Assembly (NCBI GenBank): GCA_046758365.1
Contig: JBHIAC010000003.1
Span: forward strand, 1-64,000
Reading direction: 5' to 3'
DNA from: a bacterium
Lineage (GTDB): Bacteria > Zhuqueibacterota > Zhuqueibacteria > Oceanimicrobiales > Oceanimicrobiaceae
DNA: 64,000 bases
Shown in pieces: positions 20,010 to 29,858 of the stretch. Each line of letters opens with the position of its first letter. Position 1 is the stretch's first letter. Made by a program: the position numbers and the translations under genes. The notes beneath the pieces are model-generated. The model made no database searches and was not told where the DNA came from. It worked only from the letters and a program-made list of their open reading frames with translations.

Positions 20010-21392
20010 GTGAACAGGAGGGCTCCGAAAAATCAAATTTTAGTGGTAGATGATGATAAAAACATCTGTAAGATGATTGAGATAACTTTGCGGAGAGAGA
20101 GGTCTTACGATATTAAATCTGCCACCAATGGTGAAGCCTGCCTAAAAGTCATCAGAGAATTGCCGCCGGATTTGGTTTTACTGGATATTCAAATGCCAGG
20201 CATTGATGGAATTGAAACATTAAAACGGATTCGAGAAAATGAACCAAGAATTCCAGTAGTAATTATGTCTGCTCACGGCACCATTGAAAAAGCAGTACAA
20301 TGCATGAAACTGGGCGCCTACGACTTTATTACTAAACCCTTTGCAAGTGATCGGCTTTTGGTAACGGTGAATAATGCCCTGATGACCTATTCATTGAAGC
20401 AAGAAGTTGACGATTTAAAAAGAGAGTTGAAGGATCGTTACCAGTTTAAGAATATTATCGGTCAAAGTGGCGTAATGCAGGAAGTTTTCCGATCAATGGA
20501 AAAAGTAATTGACAGCAATGTAACGGTATTGATTCAGGGTGAAAGTGGAACGGGAAAGGAATTAATTGCAAGAGCTATTCATTTTCATAACAAGCAGAGA
20601 TCTAACCACCCATTTGTAGCCGTAAACTGCACCGCTTTACCTGAATCTCTTTTAGAAAGTGAGCTTTTTGGACATGAAAAGGGTTCCTTTACCGGCGCCA
20701 TCGGGCGAAGAATTGGTAAATTTGAAATGGCCAACGGAGGTACCATCTTTTTAGATGAGATTGGCCTTATGTCTCCAGCTACTCAAGCAAAAGTTTTGCG
20801 TGTTCTCCAGGAGCGAGAATTTGAGCGTGTAGGTGGAAATGAACTGGTGAAAGTCGATACACGAATCATTTCTGCTACCAATAAAGACTTAGAAGAAGCT
20901 GTTAAAAAAGGAGAAGTGCGAGAAGATTTATATTATCGAATTTCGGTTTATCCCATTAAGTTACCACCTTTGCGTGAACGTAAAGAAGATATTCCGCTGC
21001 TTGCTGCTCATTTTATAACCAAATATGCCAGCCAGGAAGGCAAAGAAATTGAAGATATTTCTCCAGATGCGTTAGAGTTACTCATGGCTTACCACTGGCC
21101 AGGAAATGTCAGGGAATTAGAAAATGCTATTGAACGTGCTGTCGTTCTGGCTAACCCACCAGAAATAACCGCCAAGGACCTGCCTGCATCGGTTCGATCC
21201 TTAGGAGAGAAGAAAATTTACGAGACTGACAATACCCTCTCAAGTTGGATTGAAAAGTTGGAGGAGGAGGCTTTACGTCAAGCTCTTCTGGAATGCGAAG
21301 GCAATATATCTCAAACCGCTAAAAAATTGGGTATTGGAAGAGCCACCATTTATCGAAAAGCTAAAAAATATGGACTCCCTATGGTTAAATAG
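20010..21392 (+). CDS. Sigma54-dependent response regulator (NtrC/AtoC family: REC-AAA+-Fis HTH)
   Basis: VVDDD, LLDIQMP, GESGTGKE, ESELFGHEKGSFTGA, FLDEI, WPGNVRELEN, C-terminal HTH. Confidence 0.96.
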   Translation: MNRRAPKNQILVVDDDKNICKMIEITLRRERSYDIKSATNGEACLKVIRELPPDLVLLDIQMPGIDGIETLKRIRENEPRIPVVIMSAHGTIEKAVQCMKLGAYDFITKPFASDRLLVTVNNALMTYSLKQEVDDLKRELKDRYQFKNIIGQSGVMQEVFRSMEKVIDSNVTVLIQGESGTGKELIARAIHFHNKQRSNHPFVAVNCTALPESLLESELFGHEKGSFTGAIGRRIGKFEMANGGTIFLDEIGLMSPATQAKVLRVLQEREFERVGGNELVKVDTRIISATNKDLEEAVKKGEVREDLYYRISVYPIKLPPLRERKEDIPLLAAHFITKYASQEGKEIEDISPDALELLMAYHWPGNVRELENAIERAVVLANPPEITAKDLPASVRSLGEKKIYETDNTLSSWIEKLEEEALRQALLECEGNISQTAKKLGIGRATIYRKAKKYGLPMVK

Positions 21393-21428
21393 ATTAATCT
21401 TTTAAAAAATATTTATTTATATTACTCG

Positions 21429-21459
21429 AAGCCACTGGATAATTGTCCGTGGCTTTTTT
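21429..21459 (+). terminator. Rho-independent terminator
   Basis: AAGCCAC..GGA/TCC..GTGGCTT stem followed by T-run. Confidence 0.75.
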
Positions 21460-21469
21460 ATTATTTACA

Positions 21470-21504
21470 AGTCTCAGCCTGATACATTGTTTCACCAAAA
21501 CACA
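21470..21504 (+). promoter_or_regulatory. Tandem enhancer-like boxes (W)GT-N11-ACA
   Basis: AGT-N11-ACA (21470-21486) and TGT-N11-ACA (21488-21504), about 90 bp upstream of a -24/-12 element. Confidence 0.55.
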
Positions 21505-21594
21505 AATTATGAAGCTGTAATATTTATTTTTAAATTAAATAATGAATTCGTGTAGCTATTTACACAATATTAATAAAAAAAAGAAAAGGTTGGC

Positions 21595-21610
21595 TGGTAT
21601 AGATTTTGCA
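21595..21610 (+). promoter_or_regulatory. Sigma54 (-24/-12) promoter
   Basis: TGGTAT-AGATT-TTGCA matches TGGCAC-N5-TTGCW spacing. Confidence 0.7.
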
Positions 21611-21651
21611 AAGAATTAAGAATCATTAAAAAAAATGGGGAAAGGGAGCCT

Positions 21652-22809
21652 ATGATGAACACCTTTGTTAAAACAACCAACTTATCAAAGCTCGTATCTT
21701 TAATTTGCCAGGGAAATTACAGAGAAACCGAGCTTATTGAATTTGTAAATCTTATCCAAAAAATTTCTCTCAGCTATTTAAAATACCAAGAAATAATTGG
21801 TAAAAATATTTGTTGGAATCGAAGTAATAACATAGGTGAATTAGAAGATTTAGCCTTGGATTGCATAGCCGGCTTGTTTATGCGCAATGATAGAGACGAA
21901 TTTATCCAGTTTAAAAAATATTTTTGCCAAAATTCAACCAGCATTGAAAAACTTGATGATGTTGAGGTTTTAGTATTATTGAGAAGGCTGGTGATTAAGA
22001 AAACCAAACAGGAACTCTCAAGAATATTTAAAGAACGAGATCCTGAAGGCGCCAAAATAGTAAGAAATATCAAAGTAGCCATAAAAAGCTCCTCGGATTT
22101 TGATTCTTTTAAAGAAATGGGGCGTGAATATATATATTTAAAAAATAATGATAATGGTAAATATTCAAATCATAAAATATCCAATAATAACAATGGGAAA
22201 AATCATTCTTTAAATTATTATTCAAAAACTGGCAATAAAAACCTGAACTATACCTATCTTAGAAAAAGCCAACCATCCATTCCTGAGAAATCATTAAGGG
22301 GCGAATATCTAAACTGTTATTGTCCTAAAGACCCAGTATCGGCTGGAATTAGAAAGATGTTACTGGTTGTAAAAAACGATGATAAATATCAGAATTTTCT
22401 GCCTGTGGATATGATTGCCCGAATTATGCGACACACTAATATAGAAATGGCGCGGGATAGACTAAACTCACAAGTTTATGATTTATCCCCATTGGATGAA
22501 TTAAAAATCAAGGAAATTGAGAAAAGAAAAAATACCGTATTAAAGAAAATAAAAAATAAAATAGAAAATCAATATGTAAAAACAAAAAAAATCTCTAAAA
22601 AGAAAGGTGATGTTTATTACAAAGCCCTATCTGAGATTTTAGAAGACATTAGTCAAGGTAAAAAATATGACTCCTATTTTCGACACCTGAAAAGATACAT
22701 GCCAGAGTTAAGTCAAAAAGCTTATCGTACCCAAGAAAGAACTATCTTTGAATATTTAGGAAAGCTAATTAAAAAATGGTTTCGAGAATCTCTTATGGAA
22801 CTATTATAA
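21652..22809 (+). CDS. Conserved hypothetical protein, possibly a large atypical sigma-factor-like regulator
   Basis: EDLALDCIAGLF resembles ECF region 2.2; clear paralogue at 34228; followed by a ZAS-motif gene; product call is inference. Confidence 0.6.
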   Translation: MMNTFVKTTNLSKLVSLICQGNYRETELIEFVNLIQKISLSYLKYQEIIGKNICWNRSNNIGELEDLALDCIAGLFMRNDRDEFIQFKKYFCQNSTSIEKLDDVEVLVLLRRLVIKKTKQELSRIFKERDPEGAKIVRNIKVAIKSSSDFDSFKEMGREYIYLKNNDNGKYSNHKISNNNNGKNHSLNYYSKTGNKNLNYTYLRKSQPSIPEKSLRGEYLNCYCPKDPVSAGIRKMLLVVKNDDKYQNFLPVDMIARIMRHTNIEMARDRLNSQVYDLSPLDELKIKEIEKRKNTVLKKIKNKIENQYVKTKKISKKKGDVYYKALSEILEDISQGKKYDSYFRHLKRYMPELSQKAYRTQERTIFEYLGKLIKKWFRESLMELL

Positions 22810-22907
22810 TTTAATTTTCCGAAAAAAAGGAGATTTGTATGTATATATAGTTTACAATTAATATAAAAATAGTTTAAGAATAGCCTTAAGGCATAACTAT
22901 TTAAATT

Positions 22908-23183
22908 ATGCTGATAGACACAAAAGGGTCGGGTGACAAAAAGTTGAAACAGAAAAAGGTAAAACAATGCCTTAGGGAAAAAGAAATAGAAATCTTTGTT
23001 TTACAAGAACAATTATGCATTGGAGGCAATGAAGTTAAAATTTCAAATCACATTAAAATTTGCAATAAATGTTGCAAAAGATATTTTGAACTTCGCAGGT
23101 TTCATCAAATATTAAGTATGGAATTAAAAAAACCTATTTCTTCACAAATATTAAATTTAGTAGAGGGACTTCAGAGCAACTGA
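22908..23183 (+). CDS. Small zf-HC2 / ZAS anti-sigma-like protein
   Basis: QCLREKEI...HIKICNKC = C..HxxxCxxC zinc-binding motif. Confidence 0.6.
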   Translation: MLIDTKGSGDKKLKQKKVKQCLREKEIEIFVLQEQLCIGGNEVKISNHIKICNKCCKRYFELRRFHQILSMELKKPISSQILNLVEGLQSN

Positions 23184-23240
23184 TTAATCGATTATCTATA
23201 GGTTAAAATTTCACATTTAGTCCCATCCCCATTCCCTAAG

Positions 23241-23282
23241 GGCCAGTGATAACAATTATAGAGTCACTGGCCTTTCGTTTTT
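23241..23282 (+). terminator. Hairpin terminator
   Basis: GGCCAGTGA/TCACTGGCC stem followed by TTTCGTTTTT. Confidence 0.7.
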
Positions 23283-23298
23283 AATCAAAAAAATTGTC

Positions 23299-23327
23299 TT
23301 GACTTAAGAATAGATTTTATTTATATT
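23299..23327 (+). promoter_or_regulatory. Putative sigma70 promoter
   Basis: TTGACT-17bp-TATATT. Confidence 0.6.
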
Positions 23328-23425
23328 CATAATATATAAAACCTTATAGCAAATAATTATCAATAATGGTAATATTTTGCGATTGTTGCTCAATTTTTAG
23401 TAATAATATGTGTAGGCATTGAATA

Positions 23426-25300
23426 ATGGATAAACCAATCATTCTCATAATTGACGGGGATCCAAAGAATTTGCAAATTCTTAAAGAAAGTTTTGAATCT
23501 TCAGAGTTTGAAGTTATTACTGTAAGCAACGGAAATGATGCTTGGGGTATGCTTCAATCTCAAAAACCTGATATTATTGTTTCTGAAGTAGATATTCCTG
23601 GTATAGATGGTTTTCAACTTCTAACTAAATTACAGAAAGATCCTGCAGTAGCATCAATTCCTTTAGTTTTTTTAACCAATCGACGCAATTTAGAAGACCG
23701 CATTAAAAGTCTGCGTTCAGGGGTTAAAGATTACCTGATTAAGCCCCTCCATGTTAAAGAGGTCATTGCTCGCATTCAAATGATTCTTAATAGGTTAGAG
23801 AGGTTAAAACATGAAGAAGTCGAATCCAGCAGAAAAATGGTTGGGCAATTAGAAGACAGAAGCGTTGAACAGTTAGTAGAAAGCTTTGGCGTTGAAAGAA
23901 AAACAGGCATTTTAACAGTGTATGATGAGAGTAATAGAAGCGGTGAAATTTATTTTCGGGACGGGGCGGTTGTTAATGCTTCTTTTGGAAATTTTAAAGC
24001 CGAAAAAGCAGTTTATCAAATGCTCTCCTGGAAAAAGGGCCACTTTATAATGATTTTCAAAGAAATTAATATCGAAGATGAGATATCTGTTAGCAATCTT
24101 GGGCTTTTACTTCAAAGTTTTAAACGTTTGCAAGAACAACAGAAATTTATTAAACAATTACCTCCATTTGACTCAGTTTTCATAAAATCCACACTATTTC
24201 AACAAATATTGAAAAAGCGGGCAATAACAACCGATGCTAACAAATTTATCTCTTTATTTGACGGGAAACGTACTATTTCAGACATCATAGCTGACAGTAC
24301 CTATGATGATTTGAAAACATTAGAAAGAATAACAAAACTTTATCAGCAAGGTTTTATTCAGCCCTTAGGTTCTGAGTACAAGCAGCCTCATCTCGCAGAG
24401 GAATTGCCTAAACCTTTGCAAGCTTTTCAACCAAAATCTCCAACATTTAAAAAAGACAGTTACGAAAGCGAGAAAAATACTTTACTTCAAACAGAACAAC
24501 AAAATAAATTAGAAGATGATCTAAAATCAAAAATTAGATCAAGGTTTGCAATAGAAGATGAACTTGAACCGGAAATCCCTCGATTCCCCTTTAAGAAAAC
24601 AGAAGAGTTATATCCCGTGAAACCAGCGATGACTTCAGAAAATAAAATGTTTCAGGACTCTTCATTCGCCGATGGGAAAGCTAAATATGAGGTAGTGACG
24701 AAACAAAATTCTTTTCCCACTGAGTTTACTTCTATTTGTGATGAATTATTTAAAAATCGAACTACTAAAACTGGGCATCTGGTAATAATAAGTTCAAATC
24801 ATAAATTACGTAAAGAGTTCCTCTCTATCTTGACAAGAGGACACTTTTCGACTAAAACAATTGAGCAAACTGCCGAGCAATCCATTGAATTAGGAAAAAT
24901 TGAAACCCCTAATCAGCACACCCTTGAAATATTAAGTATCTCAACAGAAACAAGGTTTCTCCAAATGCTGGATCAATTGTCCACCACACTAATTGGTTAT
25001 GTAGTTTTAGTGGCGGGGGAAAATTCTTCTAATTTAGGTTACATGGGATATCTTATTAATTCTCTAAAAGTTAAGCTCAAAGTTCCACATGTGGTTGCTG
25101 TTTATTACCCATCCGAGAAAAAGTCTATGCCACTTGATATTATTCGCCATGGATTACAATTAAATGAAGATGAGCAATTAGTAGAAATTGATATTCGAGG
25201 GGTTGAATCAATAAAGCATTTACTAACTCAACTCATACCACCAGAATATTCCAAAAATTCAATTATTGATAAAAAGAATATAATTCAAGAAACTGCATAA
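23426..25300 (+). CDS. Atypical receiver + DUF4388 (PatA_N) + degenerate MglA/CvnD-like GTPase-fold domain
   Basis: REC with VSEVDIPG (Glu at the phospho-Asp position); RKTGILTV..GEIYFRDGAVVNA..AVYQMLSWKKGHF; C-terminal LGKIET..LEILS..RFLQMLDQL..LIGYVVLV..PHVVAV. Confidence 0.8.
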   Translation: MDKPIILIIDGDPKNLQILKESFESSEFEVITVSNGNDAWGMLQSQKPDIIVSEVDIPGIDGFQLLTKLQKDPAVASIPLVFLTNRRNLEDRIKSLRSGVKDYLIKPLHVKEVIARIQMILNRLERLKHEEVESSRKMVGQLEDRSVEQLVESFGVERKTGILTVYDESNRSGEIYFRDGAVVNASFGNFKAEKAVYQMLSWKKGHFIMIFKEINIEDEISVSNLGLLLQSFKRLQEQQKFIKQLPPFDSVFIKSTLFQQILKKRAITTDANKFISLFDGKRTISDIIADSTYDDLKTLERITKLYQQGFIQPLGSEYKQPHLAEELPKPLQAFQPKSPTFKKDSYESEKNTLLQTEQQNKLEDDLKSKIRSRFAIEDELEPEIPRFPFKKTEELYPVKPAMTSENKMFQDSSFADGKAKYEVVTKQNSFPTEFTSICDELFKNRTTKTGHLVIISSNHKLRKEFLSILTRGHFSTKTIEQTAEQSIELGKIETPNQHTLEILSISTETRFLQMLDQLSTTLIGYVVLVAGENSSNLGYMGYLINSLKVKLKVPHVVAVYYPSEKKSMPLDIIRHGLQLNEDEQLVEIDIRGVESIKHLLTQLIPPEYSKNSIIDKKNIIQETA

Positions 25301-25340
25301 ACAAAGTAAGCCAAGTCATTCATCTTATTAGACAGTTCGA

Positions 25341-26585
25341 ATGGAAAGAAGAAGAATATTAATAGCTGATAATAACCCGCAAGAAGTTCAAGACCTTCGA
25401 AAGTCTTTGGTTGCTTCAGGCTATGAAGTAAAAATCGTTGACAATGGTGTTGACGCATTAAATATTTGTCGGGAATTTCGGCCACACCTTGTTTTATCTG
25501 AAGTAAAATTACCTAAAATAGATGGGCATCATTTATTGCGGGAATTAAAATCTCAAACTACTACCAAGTCAATTCCTTTTATTCTAATGAGTAGACATAG
25601 GGCCGTAGAAGAACGGGTTCACAGTATTAATTTGGGAGTGGATGATTATATTTCAAAGCCGTTTGACATAAACGACGTGTTGCTACACTTCGAGATAATT
25701 CTTAAAGAAATTGAAAAATTTGAATCAACTCCAAAAAATCATACCAAAGGATTCTCTGGTAAATTAAGTGAAATGAACTTGATCGAACTCCTGCAGACTA
25801 TGGAAATTGGTAAAAAGACTGGTGTAGTAAAATTACAAAATGATTCCAAGGAAGGTATCGTTTTTTTAAAGGATGGTGTAATTTTAGATGTATCACTGGA
25901 TGACTTAGAACCAAAAGATGCGCTATATCGATTGTTCACTTGGGGAGAAGGTACATTTAGAGTGGAGATAAAGGAAATAAACCGCACAAAAGTTCTTAAA
26001 GAATCCATGGGAGATCTTATTTATCAGGGTTTAATCCGCCGGGATCGATGGGAACGATTAAGCAAGCGTCTCCCACCATTACAAGCTGTGATTAAGCAAG
26101 GGCCAAAACTTAACGAAAATAATTTGACAAATGAGGAAAGATCACTAATTCGCTTAATCAATGGGAAAATGAGACTCATTGACCTAATTGAACTCAGTAA
26201 GTGTGATGATTTAAAAGCCCTTCAAATAGTTTCGGATCTTTTCGTGAGAGGTTCAATCATGGAGGTCCCGTTAGAGGAAGATATAAATAACGGCAATTCA
26301 TCCGGTCAAGAAAGCCAACATTATACCGATACGAATGAAACGCGCTTCGCCAAATTGATAGTTAATTTTTTGAGCAATCCAGAAGAGCCGTTCACCACTC
26401 ATAAAAAAGAGAGAAGACGAGGAGAACGCCGACGAAGTCTTGATCGTAGAAATCGTTCACGCCGATGGTCAGATTATGTTAATGAAAAAAACAAAGTCTA
26501 TTTAAATAAAAGTGAACTTCTAATGATACGTGAAAAACTCTCACAAGACTTAAAGGCAAAGGAGGCTATTGATAACTTATTTTAA
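25341..26585 (+). CDS. Atypical receiver + DUF4388 protein
   Basis: REC with VLSEVKLP; GFSGKLSEMNLIELLQTMEIGKKTG..ALYRLFTWGEGTF; Arg-rich ERRRGERRR tail. Confidence 0.85.
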   Translation: MERRRILIADNNPQEVQDLRKSLVASGYEVKIVDNGVDALNICREFRPHLVLSEVKLPKIDGHHLLRELKSQTTTKSIPFILMSRHRAVEERVHSINLGVDDYISKPFDINDVLLHFEIILKEIEKFESTPKNHTKGFSGKLSEMNLIELLQTMEIGKKTGVVKLQNDSKEGIVFLKDGVILDVSLDDLEPKDALYRLFTWGEGTFRVEIKEINRTKVLKESMGDLIYQGLIRRDRWERLSKRLPPLQAVIKQGPKLNENNLTNEERSLIRLINGKMRLIDLIELSKCDDLKALQIVSDLFVRGSIMEVPLEEDINNGNSSGQESQHYTDTNETRFAKLIVNFLSNPEEPFTTHKKERRRGERRRSLDRRNRSRRWSDYVNEKNKVYLNKSELLMIREKLSQDLKAKEAIDNLF

Positions 26586-26609
26586 AAAATATAACTTGAT
26601 CTAATAAAT

Positions 26610-27092
26610 ATGAGAATTGGAGAAATTGCTATTCTTGGTCCAGCTAAAAAAATTAAGCAGGATTTTATAAAAGCTGTTTGTGATGAGATAGTAATCCAAA
26701 CCGATAAGCTGATTTTTGGCAGACTTCTAATAGATAACCAACTTGTTGTTCATCTGTATGGTCTCGAAATATCAGAAAAAGAGCTAAGTTTTGCTTGGGA
26801 TTTAGTATCAAAAAAATTATTAGGGTATGTGGTTCTTTTTAATTGGAATAATTCAGAATCCCTTTCTTCAGTGAAATCAATTATTGATTTTATGACTTCT
26901 CGTTATAATATTCCTTTAGTTATTGCGGCTAATTTAGAAAAAGATTCGGAGCCTATCCCTGAAGAATTCATAGATGTTGATTTTCATATATCCGAACAAA
27001 GTCAATTTACATTTTGTAGACTATCGAAACCTGAAAGTGTAAAAAAAGTTTTAATCATTCTAATAAATTCGGTCATTGCTTTGTTAAATTAA
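26610..27092 (+). CDS. MglA/CvnD (ATP_bind_1)-like small protein with degenerate P-loop
   Basis: IAILGPAKKIKQDF, FGRLLI, VHLYG, FAWDLV..LLGYVVL, PLVIAAN align with the family, but GKT and GTPGQ are lost. Confidence 0.7.
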   Translation: MRIGEIAILGPAKKIKQDFIKAVCDEIVIQTDKLIFGRLLIDNQLVVHLYGLEISEKELSFAWDLVSKKLLGYVVLFNWNNSESLSSVKSIIDFMTSRYNIPLVIAANLEKDSEPIPEEFIDVDFHISEQSQFTFCRLSKPESVKKVLIILINSVIALLN

Positions 27093-27219
27093 GACTTGTA
27101 CTTTGTTCCTTTTAATTAAAGTAAACATACTTTTGTCAGAATCAAGATATTTTGCCGCTGATTAGAACATTGGAATTTGCGGCTTTTTTTATTTTAAATC
27201 ATTTTAGGAGACCTTGAAA

Positions 27220-28590
27220 ATGCAAAACAGGATTTTAAACAATGTTTTGGAAACTGTAGGAAATACGCCCTTGATTAAGCTCAACCATGTGACTGATGAG
27301 ATTAAAGCAACAATTCTTGCAAAAGTTGAATTTTTTAATCCCGCGGGGAGTGTGAAAGACCGCATTGCGTTCACAATGATTGAATCAGCAGAGAAAGCGG
27401 GTCGTTTAAAACCCGGTGGAACCATTGTCGAAGCTACTTCGGGAAATACTGGGGCAGGGTTAGCTCTGGTAGCGGCATTAAAGGGTTATAAAGCTGTTTT
27501 CACGATGCCTGACAAAATGAGTGCTGAAAAAGTGCGACTTCTTAAGGCCTATGGCGCAGATGTAGTTGTTACCCCAACGGCGGTTCCACCAGATTCTCCG
27601 GAAAGCCATTATGAAGTCGCTAAAAAAATTGTAAAAGAGACTCCCAATGCTATTTTAGCCAATCAGTATTTTAATGTAGTAAATCCTGAAACTCATTACC
27701 GTACTACTGGTCCAGAAATATGGGAACAAACAGGAGGAAAAATTGATTACATTGTTGCAGGTATTGGTACAGGCGGCACCATCAGCGGGGTAGGCAAATT
27801 TTTACAAGAAAAAAATCCAAAAATTAAAGTTATAGGTGCCGACCCACAGGGCTCTATTATTAGGGAATATTTTTACAAGAAAAAAATGACCACAGCCACC
27901 CCTTATAAAGTTGAAGGCATTGGTGAGGACATCATTCCCGGTACGCTCCATTTTGACTATATCAATGAAATTTATACTGTTACAGACAAAGAGTCTTTTA
28001 ATATGGCCAGAAGAATATCCAGAGAAGAAGGAATATTTGTCGGTGGCTCCAGCGGTACCGCAGCCTGTGCAGCTTTGAGGATCGCCAAAGATTTGCCAGA
28101 AGACAAAGTGATTGTGGTTATATTTCCAGATACCGGTGAACGCTATCTTTCCAAATTTTATTCAGACGAATGGATGAAAGAAAACCGCTTTTTTGATATT
28201 GAAAAAGTTTCTCTAAAGCGGGTCATGGAAGTAAAATCAAGCCATCTGCCACCTCTAATTGCTGTATCACCGGAAGATAGCGTGCGGATTGCCTTGGAAA
28301 AAATGAAAGAGTATAATATATCGCAACTACCAGTTATTGCAAATAATAAATCCATTGGCAGTTTGGAGGAGGGTACTGTCATGGGACAAGTAATCGAGGA
28401 TAACACACTGATTGACACCCCTGTGAATAAGGTTATGCAGAAAAGCTTCCCCGTCATAAGCCATACCGCTTGTATCCTAGACGCTAAAAATCTCCTCTCC
28501 CGTGGGTATCCAGCCGTCTTAATTGAAGAATTGGGCAAAATTGAAGGAATCATTACTAAGTATGATCTTCTGGAATTTATTGCTTCTTAA
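27220..28590 (+). CDS. cbs: Cystathionine beta-synthase with C-terminal CBS pair
   Basis: NPAGSVKDR, TSGNTG, GIGTGGT, VEGIG, PDTGERYLSK; CBS domains. Confidence 0.92.
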   Translation: MQNRILNNVLETVGNTPLIKLNHVTDEIKATILAKVEFFNPAGSVKDRIAFTMIESAEKAGRLKPGGTIVEATSGNTGAGLALVAALKGYKAVFTMPDKMSAEKVRLLKAYGADVVVTPTAVPPDSPESHYEVAKKIVKETPNAILANQYFNVVNPETHYRTTGPEIWEQTGGKIDYIVAGIGTGGTISGVGKFLQEKNPKIKVIGADPQGSIIREYFYKKKMTTATPYKVEGIGEDIIPGTLHFDYINEIYTVTDKESFNMARRISREEGIFVGGSSGTAACAALRIAKDLPEDKVIVVIFPDTGERYLSKFYSDEWMKENRFFDIEKVSLKRVMEVKSSHLPPLIAVSPEDSVRIALEKMKEYNISQLPVIANNKSIGSLEEGTVMGQVIEDNTLIDTPVNKVMQKSFPVISHTACILDAKNLLSRGYPAVLIEELGKIEGIITKYDLLEFIAS

Positions 28591-28600
28591 AAGTATTAAG

Positions 28601-28686
28601 AGACGCTGACCTTTTTACAAAAGGTCAGTGTCTTTTTCACTAAACAAATGCTAACCCCGAATGCTTTCGGGGTCAGCGTTTCCTAA
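28601..28686. repeat. Double-hairpin REP-like element (uninterrupted copy)
   Basis: GACGCTGACC-N-GGTCAGTGTC and GCTAACCCCGAATGCTTTCGGGGTCAGC hairpins. Confidence 0.75.
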
Positions 28687-28700
28687 AAGTTGGAGGAAAT

Positions 28701-29858
28701 ATGGGATTTGCAACCGATGCCGTTCACGCTGGTCAAAAACCGGATTTGGATTGCGGAGCTATTATTACCCCTATCTATCAAACTTCTACCTACGTTCAGG
28801 AATCGCCAGGGGTCCACAAAGGATATGAATATGGCAGAACGGCAAATCCGACACGCCAAGCGTTAGAAAAAAATATTGCCACCTTGGAGAAGGGAGCCTT
28901 TGGTTATGCTTTCAGCTCAGGCATGGCGGCCATTTCTGCGGTCATGGGCCTGGTTAAACAAGGGGACCACATCATAGTCACTGATAATGTTTATGGGGGG
29001 ACCTATCGCTATTTTCAACAAGTCATGACCGATTACGGACTTTCATTTAGTTTTGTTGATACAGCCAAAATAGCCTTGATTGAAGAGGCCTTAAAGCCCA
29101 ATACCCGAATGGTTTTTGTAGAAACGCCAACCAATCCCATGCTTAAAATCTCTGACCTCGCCCAAATTTCTCAATTTTGCCTTCGTCGAGCCCTGCTGCT
29201 TGTAGTCGATAACACATTTTTAAGCCCCTATTTTCAACGGCCGCTGGAATTGGGGGCGGATATAGTCGTTCATAGTAGTACCAAGTACCTAAATGGACAC
29301 AGCGATGTCATTGGCGGAATTGTGGTAGTTAAGGATGAAAAGTTAGGTGAACGGCTTGCATTTCTCCAAAATGCGGTGGGAGCCGTTCCCAGCCCCTTTG
29401 ATTGCTGGTTAATTCTTCGTTCTACTAAAACCCTCCATTTACGAATGCAGCAGCATCATAGTAATGCAATGGAAATTGCTCGATATTTGACAAAACATCC
29501 TAAAGTTGAAAAGGTCATTTATCCGGGTTTGCAGTCACACCCTCAACATGAATTAGCAAAAAGGCAGCAGTTAGACCCTGATGGTAATCCTGGTTTTGGT
29601 GGAATGATTTCCTTTGAAATGGGGAGTTGGGAGCGTGGAAAAAAATTGTTAGAATCAGTCTCGCTATTTTCTTTGGCGGAAAGTTTAGGAGGGGTGGAAA
29701 GCTTAATCAGCCATCCTGCTTCAATGACCCATGCCTCTATTCCCAAGGAAGAGCGCACGAAAATTGGACTCACCGACGGTTTGGTTCGTATTTCCGTCGG
29801 TGTTGAATCTGTAGATGACCTTATCAATGATCTAGAACAGGCACTTGAAATATTTTGA
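28701..29858 (+). CDS. Cystathionine gamma-lyase/synthase (Cys/Met PLP family)
   Basis: YGRTANPT, SSGMAA, ETPTNP, DNTF, SSTKYLNGHSD, AESLGG; follows cbs (reverse transsulfuration). Confidence 0.93.
   Translation: MGFATDAVHAGQKPDLDCGAIITPIYQTSTYVQESPGVHKGYEYGRTANPTRQALEKNIATLEKGAFGYAFSSGMAAISAVMGLVKQGDHIIVTDNVYGGTYRYFQQVMTDYGLSFSFVDTAKIALIEEALKPNTRMVFVETPTNPMLKISDLAQISQFCLRRALLLVVDNTFLSPYFQRPLELGADIVVHSSTKYLNGHSDVIGGIVVVKDEKLGERLAFLQNAVGAVPSPFDCWLILRSTKTLHLRMQQHHSNAMEIARYLTKHPKVEKVIYPGLQSHPQHELAKRQQLDPDGNPGFGGMISFEMGSWERGKKLLESVSLFSLAESLGGVESLISHPASMTHASIPKEERTKIGLTDGLVRISVGVESVDDLINDLEQALEIF

Noticed and set aside
20660..20700. GSFTGA instead of GAFTGA as a sign of a sigma54-independent activator
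   Set aside because: GSFTGA is a common functional variant, and sigma54 promoters are present nearby.
27154..27190. Possible SAM-II-like riboswitch before cystathionine beta-synthase (GCCGCTGATT...GCGGC)
   Set aside because: The downstream pseudoknot-forming segment is not visible; a stem plus T-run fits a plain terminator. An Rfam scan would settle it.
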